A stretch of 64,000 nt of DNA from Caecitellus pseudoparvulus (GCA_965644315.1 CBFFRQ010000032.1:310001-374000), one strand, 5' to 3'. Shown: positions 36,401 through 48,035, counted from the first letter of the stretch. Numbers and translations are program-made. Notes: generated by a model not told the origin, from the sequence alone.

Positions 36401-37183
36401 CAGCCACGGCGTGCTCCCCCTACCGTCACAGCCCTGAGCTGGAACCACCTTCTATGCATAAGGCGGCTGGGTGAGCCCATTCACGCGATAGCTGTACGGG
36501 GCTCTGGGTGCATGGTGCGGACGCGGGAGGCGCGTGCTGCTGGAACTAGCTGGGTTGCCTTGGCTGAAGTTTTCCAAGGTACTCAGCATGAGGACGAGCC
36601 GCTGGACGCACCCGTGGATGTGGACGGCCTGCCAGTGGCAGCAGCTCCCCTTGCGCGGCAGTTGCTCCCACCAATCGTGCGAGTGCACCGCCAGCCTGCC
36701 TTGTCGCCAGACCGCTTGGCTCCTCCGGATGCCCTAGTGCAGCGCGCAGAATTCCGAAGCCGACTTGCAGGGAAGCTGGCTACTGCTGGCGGCGCGGCAA
36801 ACCCAGGGCGCCTGCTACTGCGGGCAGCAGTGCCCATGGACCGCATATTGCCGGGACCCGGGGTGCTGGAGGTGTGTCTCGTAAAGGTATCCCCTCGATC
36901 TGTGACTGGGGCCCCGGCCGCAGACGCTTGGCAAGTGATGTGCACCTCGCAACCTTTCGTTTGGGCGGGGGACAAGCCAGTGGAAGCGAAACAGCCTACT
37001 TGGCTTCCGATTGGACCTGTGCTGCCCCTGCCAGCAGAAAAGGCCGTCACTTGCACCAGCGCAGGCAGTGACGGAGCGGGCAACGCGCTTGCTCTGGTGG
37101 GTAGTGCTGGCGAGTCACTGCTGCAGGTGGCGCTTCCGTCCCGCCTGGTGGAGAGCTTGCAGGGCCCAGGACCATCGCCTTGA
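33427..37183 (+). CDS. PNG1: Peptide:N-glycanase (PNGase/PNG1) with N- and C-terminal extensions
   Basis: WFKNEFFQWVN, two Zn CxxC pairs (CDAC, CSAC), RFPRYNDP, catalytic triad GRCGEW / DWTDHVW / HVDPCE, YESGWGKKL, GRQSGSLTWRAVRGE. ATG 33427 is joined by intron 33462-33534. Confidence 0.92.
33462..33534 (+). other. Intron (73 nt, GTGAGT...CTGCAG), PNGase
   Basis: Phase-2 removal gives MDTATLIFEGEV-HHVDVVEE in frame with the long ORF. Confidence 0.8.
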
Positions 37184-37280
37184 GCAAGAAATGCACAGGC
37201 CTTCAATGAGCCGAAGCAGACGCTGCTGCCGCCTTCTCCCAATTTGCGAACATGCATTTCGCCTGTGACGGGGCAGACCT

Positions 37281-40211
37281 TCACCCCCAATCCCTCCGAT
37301 GGACATCGTCCCTGCGCCGGTCAGCATCAGCCTCTCGCCCCTGCTCCTTTTGCAGAGTCTCGAGCGTTGCCTTTCGTGCAGCAGCCAGGGTGGCCGGAGC
37401 TTCAAGTGCTGCCTTCTCTGCGCGGGTCAGTTTCGACACACTTGCCTGGACTGCGGGTCCTACCCGTGACACGTGCGGACTGGGTTCTTCCTCTCGCACG
37501 ACAACACCCAAGAAAGCCGAGCCAAGCCACGTCACCCAACTAAACAGCAAGTTATCCAACCAAGATGGCAGAGTTGACGGCGCTGCCTGAGTCAGCACAT
37601 CTGGCACAGATGCGTCCCGCCCCTCTGATTCTGCAGCAGCTTGAAGACGAGCCTGCACAGCCGCTACGAGGCCCTGCACTGGCATGCGCCGGACCAACTC
37701 AGCTGGGAGGGCACCTGCCTGTGCGAGCAGCTCCATTTCTGTATCCGTGGCGAGGTTGATGGGGGCATGGGGAAACAGCACCGGCCACATGTCATGCTGC
37801 GGCGCTTGTCCGTCCGCCCCGCTGTGCACGTGTGCAAGCACGTTCATATCAGCATCGGTCAAGTACTTGTAGCCGTTCGCATCGTACGCTGAAGTCTCGT
37901 CGGCTGACAGCCCAGTCACATCCACCGTCGTGTGTTGCGTGGCGTAGCCATCTGCAATGGCTCGCGCCATGGCCTGCACCCGAGTGAGGGTGGTGCCCCC
38001 CAAGGCTTTGTTCACCCCCCGTACGATGGCCGTGTTGCGCAGAGCAAAGAGCATGTCCAAGGGCAGTGCCTTGATGAACTCTGACACGGCCTCCGGCCCA
38101 TCCAAGTGCAGATCACCTCCCTTCTCAAACCTTGCGCGGATGGCGGCACGCTCCTCGGCACTCATGCGCCCCCCGACCGGCGCGCTGCTGGGTCGGAAGG
38201 TCAGCAGCAAACACATGATCTCAAAGTACTGCGCAGCTTTGTCGACGGGCACTCCCATGTCAATCACCGCTGCGGTGCCCAGAGCTGCCTCGCGAGATGC
38301 AAGGGCTCGCCACAGGGCAGTATTGGCCATGCGAAAGTTTGGGTCAAGACGCCGGTACATGCCATGGTCCAACAGCACCAGCTGCCAATCGGAGTTGCGT
38401 CGCAATGCTCCTGCAACGGGGATGTCGCTCCCAGCTTGCACCTCAACGCTTGTCCCTTGACTCGTTTGTGCAGAGAGTGCTTCCAGCTGATCAGGCCCCG
38501 TGTGGCCGGTCTGGGATGTAGAGGGCGCTGCCGCGCCGTCTGCGGATTCCGCGTCCTGTCCACTAGCGGCCTTCGCTGCGCCCCCACCTCGCATCGCAGA
38601 GTTGTACGCATCGCGCAGGGCGATGAGAGCGTCGCCCACCGAAGCTTTGACTGTCTCCACGGTGCTGTGCACGGCCCGCTTGGCGCTCGCAGATGCCTCT
38701 GCCGGAATGGCTTTCTTCACACCTCCAACTACCACGACGCCGGGCACCAGCACTGCCAGAGCTGGGATGCAAGCGAGAGCTGCCACCACCCGCGTAACCG
38801 TGTGCTTCACCTCCGTGAGGTGAAAGTGCACTTCATCGAGTGTTTGCTGGTGTTCTGCTCGAGCCAGCAGCGCCTTGCGAGTAAGCAAGCGCTGCAAGCT
38901 GCGAATGGAATGTCGAATGCGCTCGGTCGGCGCGGCGCCTTCTTCGAGGGTGTCTGCGAGGTCCTCCAAGTCCACCTCCTCAAGTGCCCTAGCCGTGTCA
39001 AAGTCACCCGCCCCAGAGGGGACTGCCGCGGAGTCCGCGCCTCGCTTCAACCACTCTTCAAAGGACACCGCTGCCGGGTCACCACCGCCTGCCGCGAGCA
39101 TGGCTTTCACGTCATCGTGGGAGGGAAACGTCTTGATGCGCGCCGCAAGGGAGGGCGGCAGGGCAGGGGCGCCAGGCTTCCGCCGAATGAGAAGGTTGCC
39201 AGGGTGTGGGTCAATGTGCACGAGTCCAGATCGGAGGTTCATGTCGGCAAAAGCACGCGAGACCAGGCCTGCCACCTCGGCGGGGTCGATGCCCAGGGCA
39301 GCCAGCGTGGTCCGATCCGTCGCCTTCGCACCACTCACCCACTCCATGGTCAGTACCTTGTTGGTGGTGTTGTCCCAGTGCACCCGGGGCACCACCACCC
39401 GACCTGCCAGGCCAGAGCTTGGACTGGAGGCAAGCAGTGCTCCACACCTCGTGCCATTGCGCCCATCCTGCGCGAAGTCCAGCTCCCAAGACAGGTTCTC
39501 CTTGAACTGAGGCAGCATCCAAGACAGATCCTGGCCCGACCATACCCACTGCAAGCCTTCCAGCAACGCAGACATCGCAGCAATGTCTGCCGCGATCTGA
39601 ATGTCAATGCGCGGGTACTGCACCTTCACCGCACACGCCCTACCCTGCGCGTCCACTGCACGGTGGACCTGTGCAAGGCTAGCAGCAGCCACTGGCTTGG
39701 GGTCAAACCAGGTGAAGCGACTGCCCAGCGCAGCTGGGCCTAGCTCCCGCCGAATCTGCTCAGCTACATCCCGAAACGGCACCCCCGCAGCGTTGTCCTG
39801 CAGTTCAGCCAGGGCGCTCGTGTACTGCTCAGGCAGCACATGGTTCTGGGTGGACAGATACTGGGCCCCTTTGTTGTACAGTCCGCCATGGGACTTGCAC
39901 ACGCTCAGCATTGTGGAGGCAGCAAAGGCATGCACCTGGCTTTGTGCCTCCTTGTAGTCGGCTGAGCTGTCATCCTCGTGAGTGGCATCCAGCCACATGT
40001 ACGCAAGCCCCACACGAGCACCAGCGATGAATGATGAGGTGCCCCGTACTACTCCATCAGATACATCGTGCACGATGCGCCTGGAAACAGGGAGGGGAGA
40101 TTGCGGAATTGCGGAAAATGCACACAACGATCACTGCGCATGTTTCAGCGCTCACCGAGAGTCTGGAACGGCGACAGCCGCTGCCAGGGCTGCCCCAGCT
40201 ACTTTTAGCAT
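37281..40211 (-). CDS. ABC1/UbiB family atypical kinase, ADCK1-like
   Basis: GGLYNKGAQYLS, LAELQD, AAASLAQVHRA, AVKVQYP, ELDF, LTMEWV, HIDPHPGN, LLDHGMY. ATG 40211 (MLKVAGAALAAAVAV) is joined by intron 40081-40155. Confidence 0.88.
40081..40155 (-). other. Intron (75 nt, GTGAGC...TTTCCAG), ABC1 kinase
   Basis: Canonical sites and a pyrimidine tract; links the ATG exon in frame. Confidence 0.75.
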
Positions 40212-41411
40212 CTTGTCGTCCGCCTCTTCCGTGGAATCCTGCTAGCTTCCTTGCTGTGTGGTGGCGACGGCCAATTGGTCGGCCACGTGATACGAGCCTG
40301 CACAGACTAGAACCCGTGCACAAAGCAAGCGAGGACAAAGCCACAACAGCACAGGACGAGTTAAGCCGTACTTGGGGCTCAAGGAGCTTTCAAGTTCTCT
40401 AGTTTTTGCATGCATGTGAATTTGGAGGTGCACAGGTGCGCACCATGACTGCCTGACTGGGCTGGGAGCATTCCCGGCCAACAAGCATTGAGGTCCAAGG
40501 TGAATTGCGCGGGCGTAGAACACAATGAAGTGTGGAGAAATCCACAGTACTGTCCAAGTATCCAATGCATAGCCTGAGGGGGCGAGGAAACACGACGGTC
40601 GTGAAAAGCATGCTAGTTGCCATGCGACGAGCGGCACGCTGCGACGTTGTCTCGGGTCAAAGTGAAGTTAGAAAAGCATCACGGATGTACTCTTTTGGTA
40701 CATACTCAATCCAAGCGCGAGAAATGCTATTCGTCATCGACAACGGGGCAGGGGGAGCACTTCAGCCGACACGTGCACTCACCAGCCACAGGTGCTCGAG
40801 ACGGCAGCTAGAAGAACCGCCCGCGCACAACAAAGGCTCGCCAGTCGGCACTTGCACTTTCCAGAGCCTCTTCTGAGCGCCCACACCCGATGTCCGCGCT
40901 TGACAAGGCAAATTGCAGGTATGGCTTCCTGTTCTGCCTGCCCACTGACAGGTGCAGTGCAGCAGCCGCGGCCACACCGCAAAGGTGCACCCCTGGACGA
41001 ACAGAGGAGAGTCGGAACAAGTCAGAGGGGGGTCAAGTCGGTGAGTGGGTAGTGGTGTGGTGGAGGTTGTGTTCGGTTGCGGGCAGTGACGGCTTGCCCT
41101 TAGTTGTGTGTGAGGGGGGCTTCACCCCCCCCTTCCTCTCCACTTCGCACGGCTGCTGAAAGCACTGCAAGGAGGTGCTTGCGCAGGACGGCCGGGCCTG
41201 CAAGAAGCACAGCGCTAACTTGCGTGAGCTCAAAGCGCGCCGCAGAAATAGCCAGCCAGTGGGGTTGCCCAGTACTGCTTGGCATGACAAGCTGAAGTCG
41301 TGCCACGCAAACAGTCGACCAGACGGCCAAGGCACTCAATACACATAGCACGTCGCACTTCTTGCGGCCAACTTTCACCTAAGCGACCATAAGGGAGTCC
41401 TGACAGCAACT

Positions 41412-44400
41412 ATGGCGCCTGGCAGGGGCTCGTTTTGCGCAGCTTTCGCCGCGCTGGTGGCGCTTCGCGTTGCTGCGGGCCATGACTGCGTGCACGATGA
41501 AGTGCTACACGAGCACATCAAGGAGTACTGGCACACGGACAACGTCGCGTACAAGAATGCCTCGCAGCCAGATGCACCAGCAAGAGTGATGACGCGTCGC
41601 CAACTGCACGACATCCTGGCTTCCAAGTCGAAGGATGGGACAGTGCCCGAGGCGGGCGCTGCGAGGCGCCGTCTGGAGACCAAGGCGCAGTACCTCGCGC
41701 GCACCTGGGGCCCCGTGCGCATCAACGTGGAGTTTGTCGACATTCGATCGGATCCTGACATGACCACTGCCAAGGCTGACTACCTGGAGTACACCGTGCT
41801 CCCCGCTGCTGTGGCTCGTTTGGCAGCTGCCCTCGAGGTGTGTGTGGGGCAGTCCGCGGTGCAAGGAGCTTCCAATGGACACCCGCACACCCGCATGGTC
41901 CCTTTGTGCATCACAGGTGCGACGAGTCCCTGGGACGTTTCATGCGAAGCGCGAGTGCAGCTCCACGTGGTCCAACGGCAACTGTTACACCATGTCAGAC
42001 GGCTACGTGAGTGCAGCCGCCGCGACACTGTCCCCACCACGCCGTTGTTCAGCGTTGCTGTGCACGCCGCCGCCGTCATTGACCTGTGCAGTGTGGATTC
42101 ATCAGCAATGACTACAATATCCAGATCCCCAGCTGGCTTCTAGGCGAGGCCACCCTTTGCAACCCTGGGTTCAATGACTGCAGCACGCTGGCGGCTGGCG
42201 CAGGCACCACAAACACTGACTTCTACCTCTTCGTGTCGGCATCCAGCGTCAGCAGCAGGTGCAGTGCTGGGTCCAGTACCCTTGCGTATGCCCTAGCTTG
42301 CCAGCGCGATGCTTACGAGCGCCCCATGGTGGGGCGGGCAAACTTCTGCCCGCTGCGCATCGACCCGGCTGGCAGTTTGAACGATGCAGTGGGCACAGCC
42401 GTGCACGAAATTCTGCATGCCATGGGCTTCTCATCAGACTCCTGGTGGCGCTTCCGGGACGTAGACACGTTGGACCCTTTGACGCCCCGAGACTCAAACG
42501 GCCGGCCCACTGCCGCCCACATCCTGAACTGCAACGGTGTTGATCGCTACTTCCCAGCCAGCAACACCGTGGCCACCTTCGCTGAGAGAGGTCTTGGCTC
42601 TTGCCCAACGCTGGCCAGCCGTCAAAACCCGGAGGACTGTGTGAGCAAGATCGTCACGCCTACCGCTGTCGACGCCTCCCGCTGGTTTACAGGCTGCCCA
42701 ACTCTGCAGGGCGTGGAGCTCGAAAACTACGTGGGCAGCGCATGCCGTGTGTTGGGTTCGCATGTTGAACAGCGCCTGTACCATGGTGGTGTCATGACGC
42801 CACAGATTGGGTACCGCTCCGACTTGGACGCGCCCATGCTGGGCATCTTTGCCGACTCGGGCTGGTACCGAATCATTTGGTCAGGGCAGGCATCTTGGCG
42901 TCCGCAGCTTGACTGGGGCTTCCAACAAGGCTGTGGTTTTGCCAAGGACAGCAAATGTGTTCAAGGAAGCACCGTGCTTGGCTCGCCCATACCCCGCTTT
43001 TGTGCAGCGTCAGAGTCCAACGTTTGCACTCCAGACCGCTCTGCGGTTGGTTATTGCACCGTGAGCTCCTACCAGTCCAGCCTTCCCACCGCCTTCCAGT
43101 ATTTTCCAGGACAGCCAACGAGAGGAGGTTCCCAATACTACGACTATTGCCCCATTCGAAGAGGGTACAGCAACAGAGTCTGCACTGACACTTCTCAGTC
43201 TCCGTCGACGTACTCGGGCACGGCCTACGGTCCCGGCGGGTTCTGTCTTGACAGCACCATTGGTTCTGGTACGCTGCAAGGCGGTTGCTACCTAACGAGC
43301 TGCAATGACCTCGGTGGCGGGGCGTATTCCTTGACCGTGTCTGTGCACGATGGAACCGCCTCCCCTCCAACTGTGACCTGCACCTCTGAGGGCCAAACCC
43401 TGTCACCTTCAGGGTTTTCAGGAGCCATCACTTGCCCCGACCCCGTCAGCATCTGTGCTCCCGCGCTGGTGTATGTGCCTAGTGGCGCTTCCCCTGGCCC
43501 TTCGCCAAGTGCACCTGCCGCGCCCAGCGCCAGCCCGTCAGCCCCTGCTCCGTCGGCCTCCAGCACAGCGCTACCAAGCAGCGGGGGGATGGACTGCCAT
43601 GAGGGTCTGTGTGGCTGTGTAAACGGTGCTGGGATGCAATGCGCGGACAAGCAGATCGCCCTGGATGACCACAACACCAAGCGGAGGATCGTGAGCCCTG
43701 CAGCAGCCAACATGCGCCGCATGATTTGGGACGCTGACCTCGCCACCGTTGCTCAAGACTATGCCGACCAGTGCTACTGGGGACATTCCGACCAAACTGC
43801 TAGGATCAACCAGTACAATACCCTGAGCAGCACCTACACCGAAAGCTGGGTGGGAGAAAACCTTGCGATGGGCACAAACGGCTTCTTTTCTGTGTCTGAC
43901 CTCATCACAAATTGGGACAATGAGAAGGTAGACTACACATACTCAAGCAACACGTGTGCCTCGGGCCAGGTGTGCGGGCACTACACACAAGTTGTGTGGG
44001 ATGACAGCTTCCGCGTTGGGTGCGGCACAAAGGTATGCGCGACCATGCAGAACACTGGCCACACGAACATGTTGCTCCTTGTTTGCAACTACGGACCGGG
44101 TGGAAATTACAATGGTCAGCACCCATACACATCCGGAACTCCCTGCTCAAGCTGCCCGTCTGGCACAGTCTGTGATGCAAGTGGTAAACTGTGTGAGCTA
44201 CCGCGACCCAGTGCAACCTCCAGCCCCGCTGCAGCGTCTCCCAGCGGAAGTGTGACGGCGGCCGTGACGCCCAGCAGCAGTGGCAGTGTGACGGCTGCCG
44301 TGACGCCCAGCAGCAGTGGGAGCGTGACGGCTGCCGTGACGCCCAGCAGCAGTGGTAGCGTGACGGCTGGCGTGACGCCCAGCAGCAGTGGCAGTGTGAC

Positions 44401-47400
44401 CGCGGCCGTGACGCCCAGCAGCAGTGGCAGCGTGACCGCGGCCGTGACGCCCAGCAGCAGTGGCAGTGTGACGGCTGGCGTGACGCCCAGCAGCAGTGGC
44501 AGCGTGACGGCTGGCGTGACGCCCAGCAGCAGTGGCAGTGTGACCGCGGCCGTGACGCCCAGCAGCAGTGGCAGTGTGACCGCGGCCGTGACGCCCAGCA
44601 GCAGTGGCAGTGTGACGGCGGCCGTGACGCCCAGCAGCAGTGGCAGTGTGACGGCTGGTGCGTCACCGAGCAGCAGTGGCAGTGTGACGGCTGGTGCGTC
44701 ACCGAGCAGCAGTGGCAGTGTGACGGCTGGTGCGTCACCGAGCAGCAGTGGCAGTGTGACGGCTGGCGTGACGCCCAGCAGCAGTGGCAGCGTGACGGCT
44801 GGTGCGTCACCGAGCAGCAGTGGCAGCGTGACGGCTGGCGTGACGCCCAGCAGCAGTGGGAGCGTGACGGCTGGTGCGTCACCGAGCAGCAGTGGCAGCG
44901 TGACGGCTGGTGCGTCACCGAGCAGCAGTGGCAGTGTGACGGCTGGCGTGACGCCCAGCAGCAGTGGGAGCGTGACGGCTGGTGCGTCACCGAGCAGCAG
45001 TGGCAGCGTGACGGCTGGCGTGACGCCCAGCAGCAGTGGGAGCGTGACGGCGGCCGTGACGCCCAGCAGCAGTGGGAGCGTGACGGCTGGTGCGTCACCG
45101 AGCAGCAGTGGGAGCGTGACGGCTGGCGTGACGCCCAGCAGCAATGGGAGCGTGACGGCTGGCGTGACGCCCAGCAGCAGTGGGAGCGTGACGGCTGGTG
45201 CGTCACCGAGCAGCAGTGGCAGTGTGACGGCTGGTGCGTCACCGAGCAGTTCTACGTCTGTTGCTGCAATCTCAACCTCTGTTGGATCTCCTTCTCCGAC
45301 TCCCACTGTGTCCGCCACTTCGTCACCCAGCGAGCCCACAGCAATCCTCCCTGATGTTTGTCGTGGGGTGGATTGCGGCACCGGCGGTTCGTGTGCAGTG
45401 GTGAATGCGTCTGCAGTGCTGCAGCAGTCAAGCGTGGCTGCATGGGGCGCTGTGACTGCCTCCAGCCTCATTCAAGGATTGGGCACAAGCGGCGGAGTGT
45501 TTGGCATGTGTGAATGTGCAGTAGGTTGGGGTGGCTCGTTGTGTTCCGTTTCTCCCGGATCTCAGTCGGAATGCTCAGATGGGACCCTCGGGCAAGCAGA
45601 GACTGACCTGGACTGTGGCGGCTCAGATTGTGACTTGCGCTGCGGGGCTGGCCAAGCCTGCATCGAGTCATCTGATTGTGCGGCCGGCTGGGAATGCGGT
45701 GAAGGCAGGTGTTTGTCTTCGGGTGGCTCTCTGGGTGGTCACGTTGTTACTTTCGAGGTGGTGCTCGTGGGCCTGCCTGCTCAGTCGCTAGCCTTTTTGG
45801 AAGTCGCAGTGCTGCTGAAAGCGGCCCTTTCCAGCGAGCTGTCTCAGCGGTCTGGCGTGGGCATCGATCCTGGCCACATTTTCATCATTTCAGCTGGTTC
45901 AGCCACCGACAGCTCGGCGCGAAGGCTTGGTGGCGATGTGCCACCCCCAGTGGCTGTTTTACTCGCCCCCGAACATGTTCAGTCCGCTCCAGGCCTGACC
46001 CCCATCGTAACAGTTGATGCCAACGACACCGTGCTTCCTGCCGTGCACAGCAACCAGGGCCTGGACTTTGAAGTTGACGTGCGACGCCGTCGTGCTGAGA
46101 ATGAGGTGCTTGCATCTCGGCTGACCGTGGCCGTGGACACCGGCGGCTCTGCCGAAGATGCCTTTGTCTTGCTTGATGCTGCGAACGAGCCCGATATTCT
46201 ACAAGCGCTCACTCGTATACTGCGACAGAGCATGCCCGGTGCCCCCGTGCTGGCCGCAGCAGTGGACTCTGCTTCGGGTGCAGTCTTCGCTCCTGTGGAG
46301 GAAGGCATGCCGGGGCTTGTGGGCATTGCCGCAGGCGAAGGCAGGCAGGTTGCGCGGCCAGGGGAGGATGCTGGTGCCCAAGGGACCATTGGCTCTCGCA
46401 GTCCAGACCGTGGCCTCTCCAGTGGTGGGATTGCAGGCATTGTCGTCGGCGTGGCGTTTGTGCTGGCCGTTGTCGCTTTGCTCGTGTACCGACGAAGGCA
46501 AATGTCGGACACAAGCACCCGAAGGTCTGCATCGTCGCGAAGGCGTCGTCAACGATCTGAACGGGGCGATATCGGCGAAGTCGTTGATGTGTATGGATAC
46601 GAGGGTGGTGGCGATGCCCGCGCTGTTGTGAACCCTGTCGCCAGCGCGCTCGTCGCCCCATCCCCACAAACGCCAAAATCAGCCAGTAGCCGAGTCACGA
46701 AGGCAGCCCCCATGCGCTCGGACAAGCATGTGGACGGGATGTCAGGTGCTTCTGCGTCTGCGGCTACCACTGTGGAAGGGCAGGGCAACGTCGCCCGGCC
46801 CAAACTGGCCCGCAGCATGACGACCCTGTACAAGCGAGCATATGCCATGGAAGCAAACAGCACTAACCCAGCCTTCAAGGCTTCGCGCGTCACTTCGTCC
46901 GTGCAGGCGGCGTCCGGCGGCAACATGGCTTTCTCGTCGAGCGCCACGGGGCCTGCTCCAACCAGTGAAGCGAGCAAGCGCAGTGCAGCCGCGTCGGCAG
47001 CGAAAGCCTCCCTTCCTTCCATCATGCGCCGCCTCACGTCGTCAGCCAAGGCTCGGCGTGAGAGCACTGTGCCAGTGTCCACGAACGCAGCACGTTCTGG
47101 ACCAAGTTCGGCGACACCTGATCTGCCCAGTGTCGCTGCGGGCAGTGACCGGGATAGCCTCCTGTCTTCATCTCTCCTGGAGCACTTCGGGTCCATGCTG
47201 CAGTCGGGGCCGAGTGAGGAGGACGCCAGCGTCCTGGACGCAGGGCCCAGCCGCAGGGGTGCTCGTGCCTCGCAGACTGCTGACGGGCCCATGGTGCGCG
47301 GCGGCATTGGCTCCAGCGCAAGCTCAATGATCACAAGCGCCAAGCATAACCCCATGCACCGTGGTAGCAGCCGCCGGCGCGAAAGTGATGCCCGTGCCAA

Positions 47401-47593
47401 ACGTGCAGCTCTCGCCCAGCTCACTGGCGGCCATGCTGCGCACTCCAACGTCATGCGCCGCATGGCTTCCTCAGGGGGCGTCGCGCCAGGGTCACCAGCA
47501 CCGCCCGGCTCCTCGCCAGCCGGTGGCCGAGCAGCTCACACCCCAACCCGCCCACGGCCCGTGCCCCCACCCAAGGCCCCTGACCAGGAGTAG
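41412..47593 (+). CDS. Leishmanolysin (peptidase M8/GP63)-CAP domain-Ser/Thr stalk-Cys-rich-transmembrane surface protein, ~2,005 aa
   Basis: Exons 41412-41837, 41917-42006, 42092-47593. Signal peptide, HDCVHD cysteine switch, HEILHAMGF, ELEN, SHVEQR..VMT, DSGWY. CAP domain with HNTKR, GENLA, GHYTQVVW, VCNYGPGGN. TM segment IAGIVVGVAFVLAVVALLVY followed by RRR. Confidence 0.9.
41838..41916 (+). other. Intron (79 nt, GTGTGT...TCACAG), leishmanolysin gene
   Basis: Phase-0 removal gives AAALE-VRRVPG. Confidence 0.75.
42007..42091 (+). other. Intron (85 nt, GTGAGT...GTGCAG), leishmanolysin gene
   Basis: Phase-0 removal gives SDGY-CGFI in frame with the 1,835-codon ORF. Confidence 0.8.
44249..45250 (+). 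repeat. Coding minisatellite, 36-bp unit, 27 full copies (44264-45235) plus partial flanks; encodes [VTP/ASP]SSSGSVTA[A/G]
   Basis: Directly visible tandem units such as gtgacgcccagcagcagtggcagtgtgacggctgcc. Confidence 0.98.
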
Positions 47594-47733
47594 TCGTCAG
47601 CCCCCCGGTTGTCTTTGCAGTCCGCGCCGGATCCCCTGTTCCTCTTTCCTTTCCTGGAGCGTGCCTTCATAACGAGGCAATTCACTGTTCTCTGCCACTG
47701 GTGTGCACTGAGTTTGCTGCGTCTGCTGCAGCA

Positions 47734-47746
47734 CCCCCCCCCCCCC
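47734..47746. repeat. Poly-C homopolymer (13 nt) in intergenic DNA
   Basis: Visible run between the leishmanolysin stop and the next gene. Confidence 0.9.
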
Positions 47747-48035
47747 TCCCTGCCTGTGCCCTTCACATGGAGTGTCTAAAGACATCAAAACCACTTGCAC
47801 TTCAGAGCTTCTTGTCAGACTGTGTGGAAATTGACGCGAGCACCGGACCCCTACTCGTGCCTGACGGTGCGTGGCTGCAACATGGCCAAGTTCCGCAAGT
47901 GCACTTGGCCCTGCACCACCCAATGTGGCTGAAGCACTCCAGCAGCTTACACGCGACGAGCCACCACTTCTCCTTCGCCACAGGAATTGATAGGGTGCAT
48001 TGCATCTGCTGGGCCTCATTGTTGAACTCGTTTCC

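Noticed and set aside
2844-37183. Apparent proteostasis cluster (giant E2, Tel2, PNGase, S28 peptidase)
   Set aside because: The genes are interleaved with unrelated ones on both strands, and I saw no shared regulatory motif. Likely coincidental.
38106-39743. 545-aa plus-strand ORF opposite the ABC1 kinase
   Set aside because: No recognisable motifs; long shadow ORFs are expected opposite GC-rich coding DNA.
44249-45250. Regularly spaced 36-bp repeats resembling a CRISPR array
   Set aside because: Units are directly tandem with no unique spacers, they are in frame within a eukaryotic gene, and there are no cas genes.
43905-45471. Two long minus-strand ORFs (Cys/His-rich SHCHCCWASR repeats and VTLPLLLG repeats)
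   Set aside because: They are antisense shadows of the stop-free 36-bp repeat. The plus frame is the one continuous with the CAP and EGF domains.
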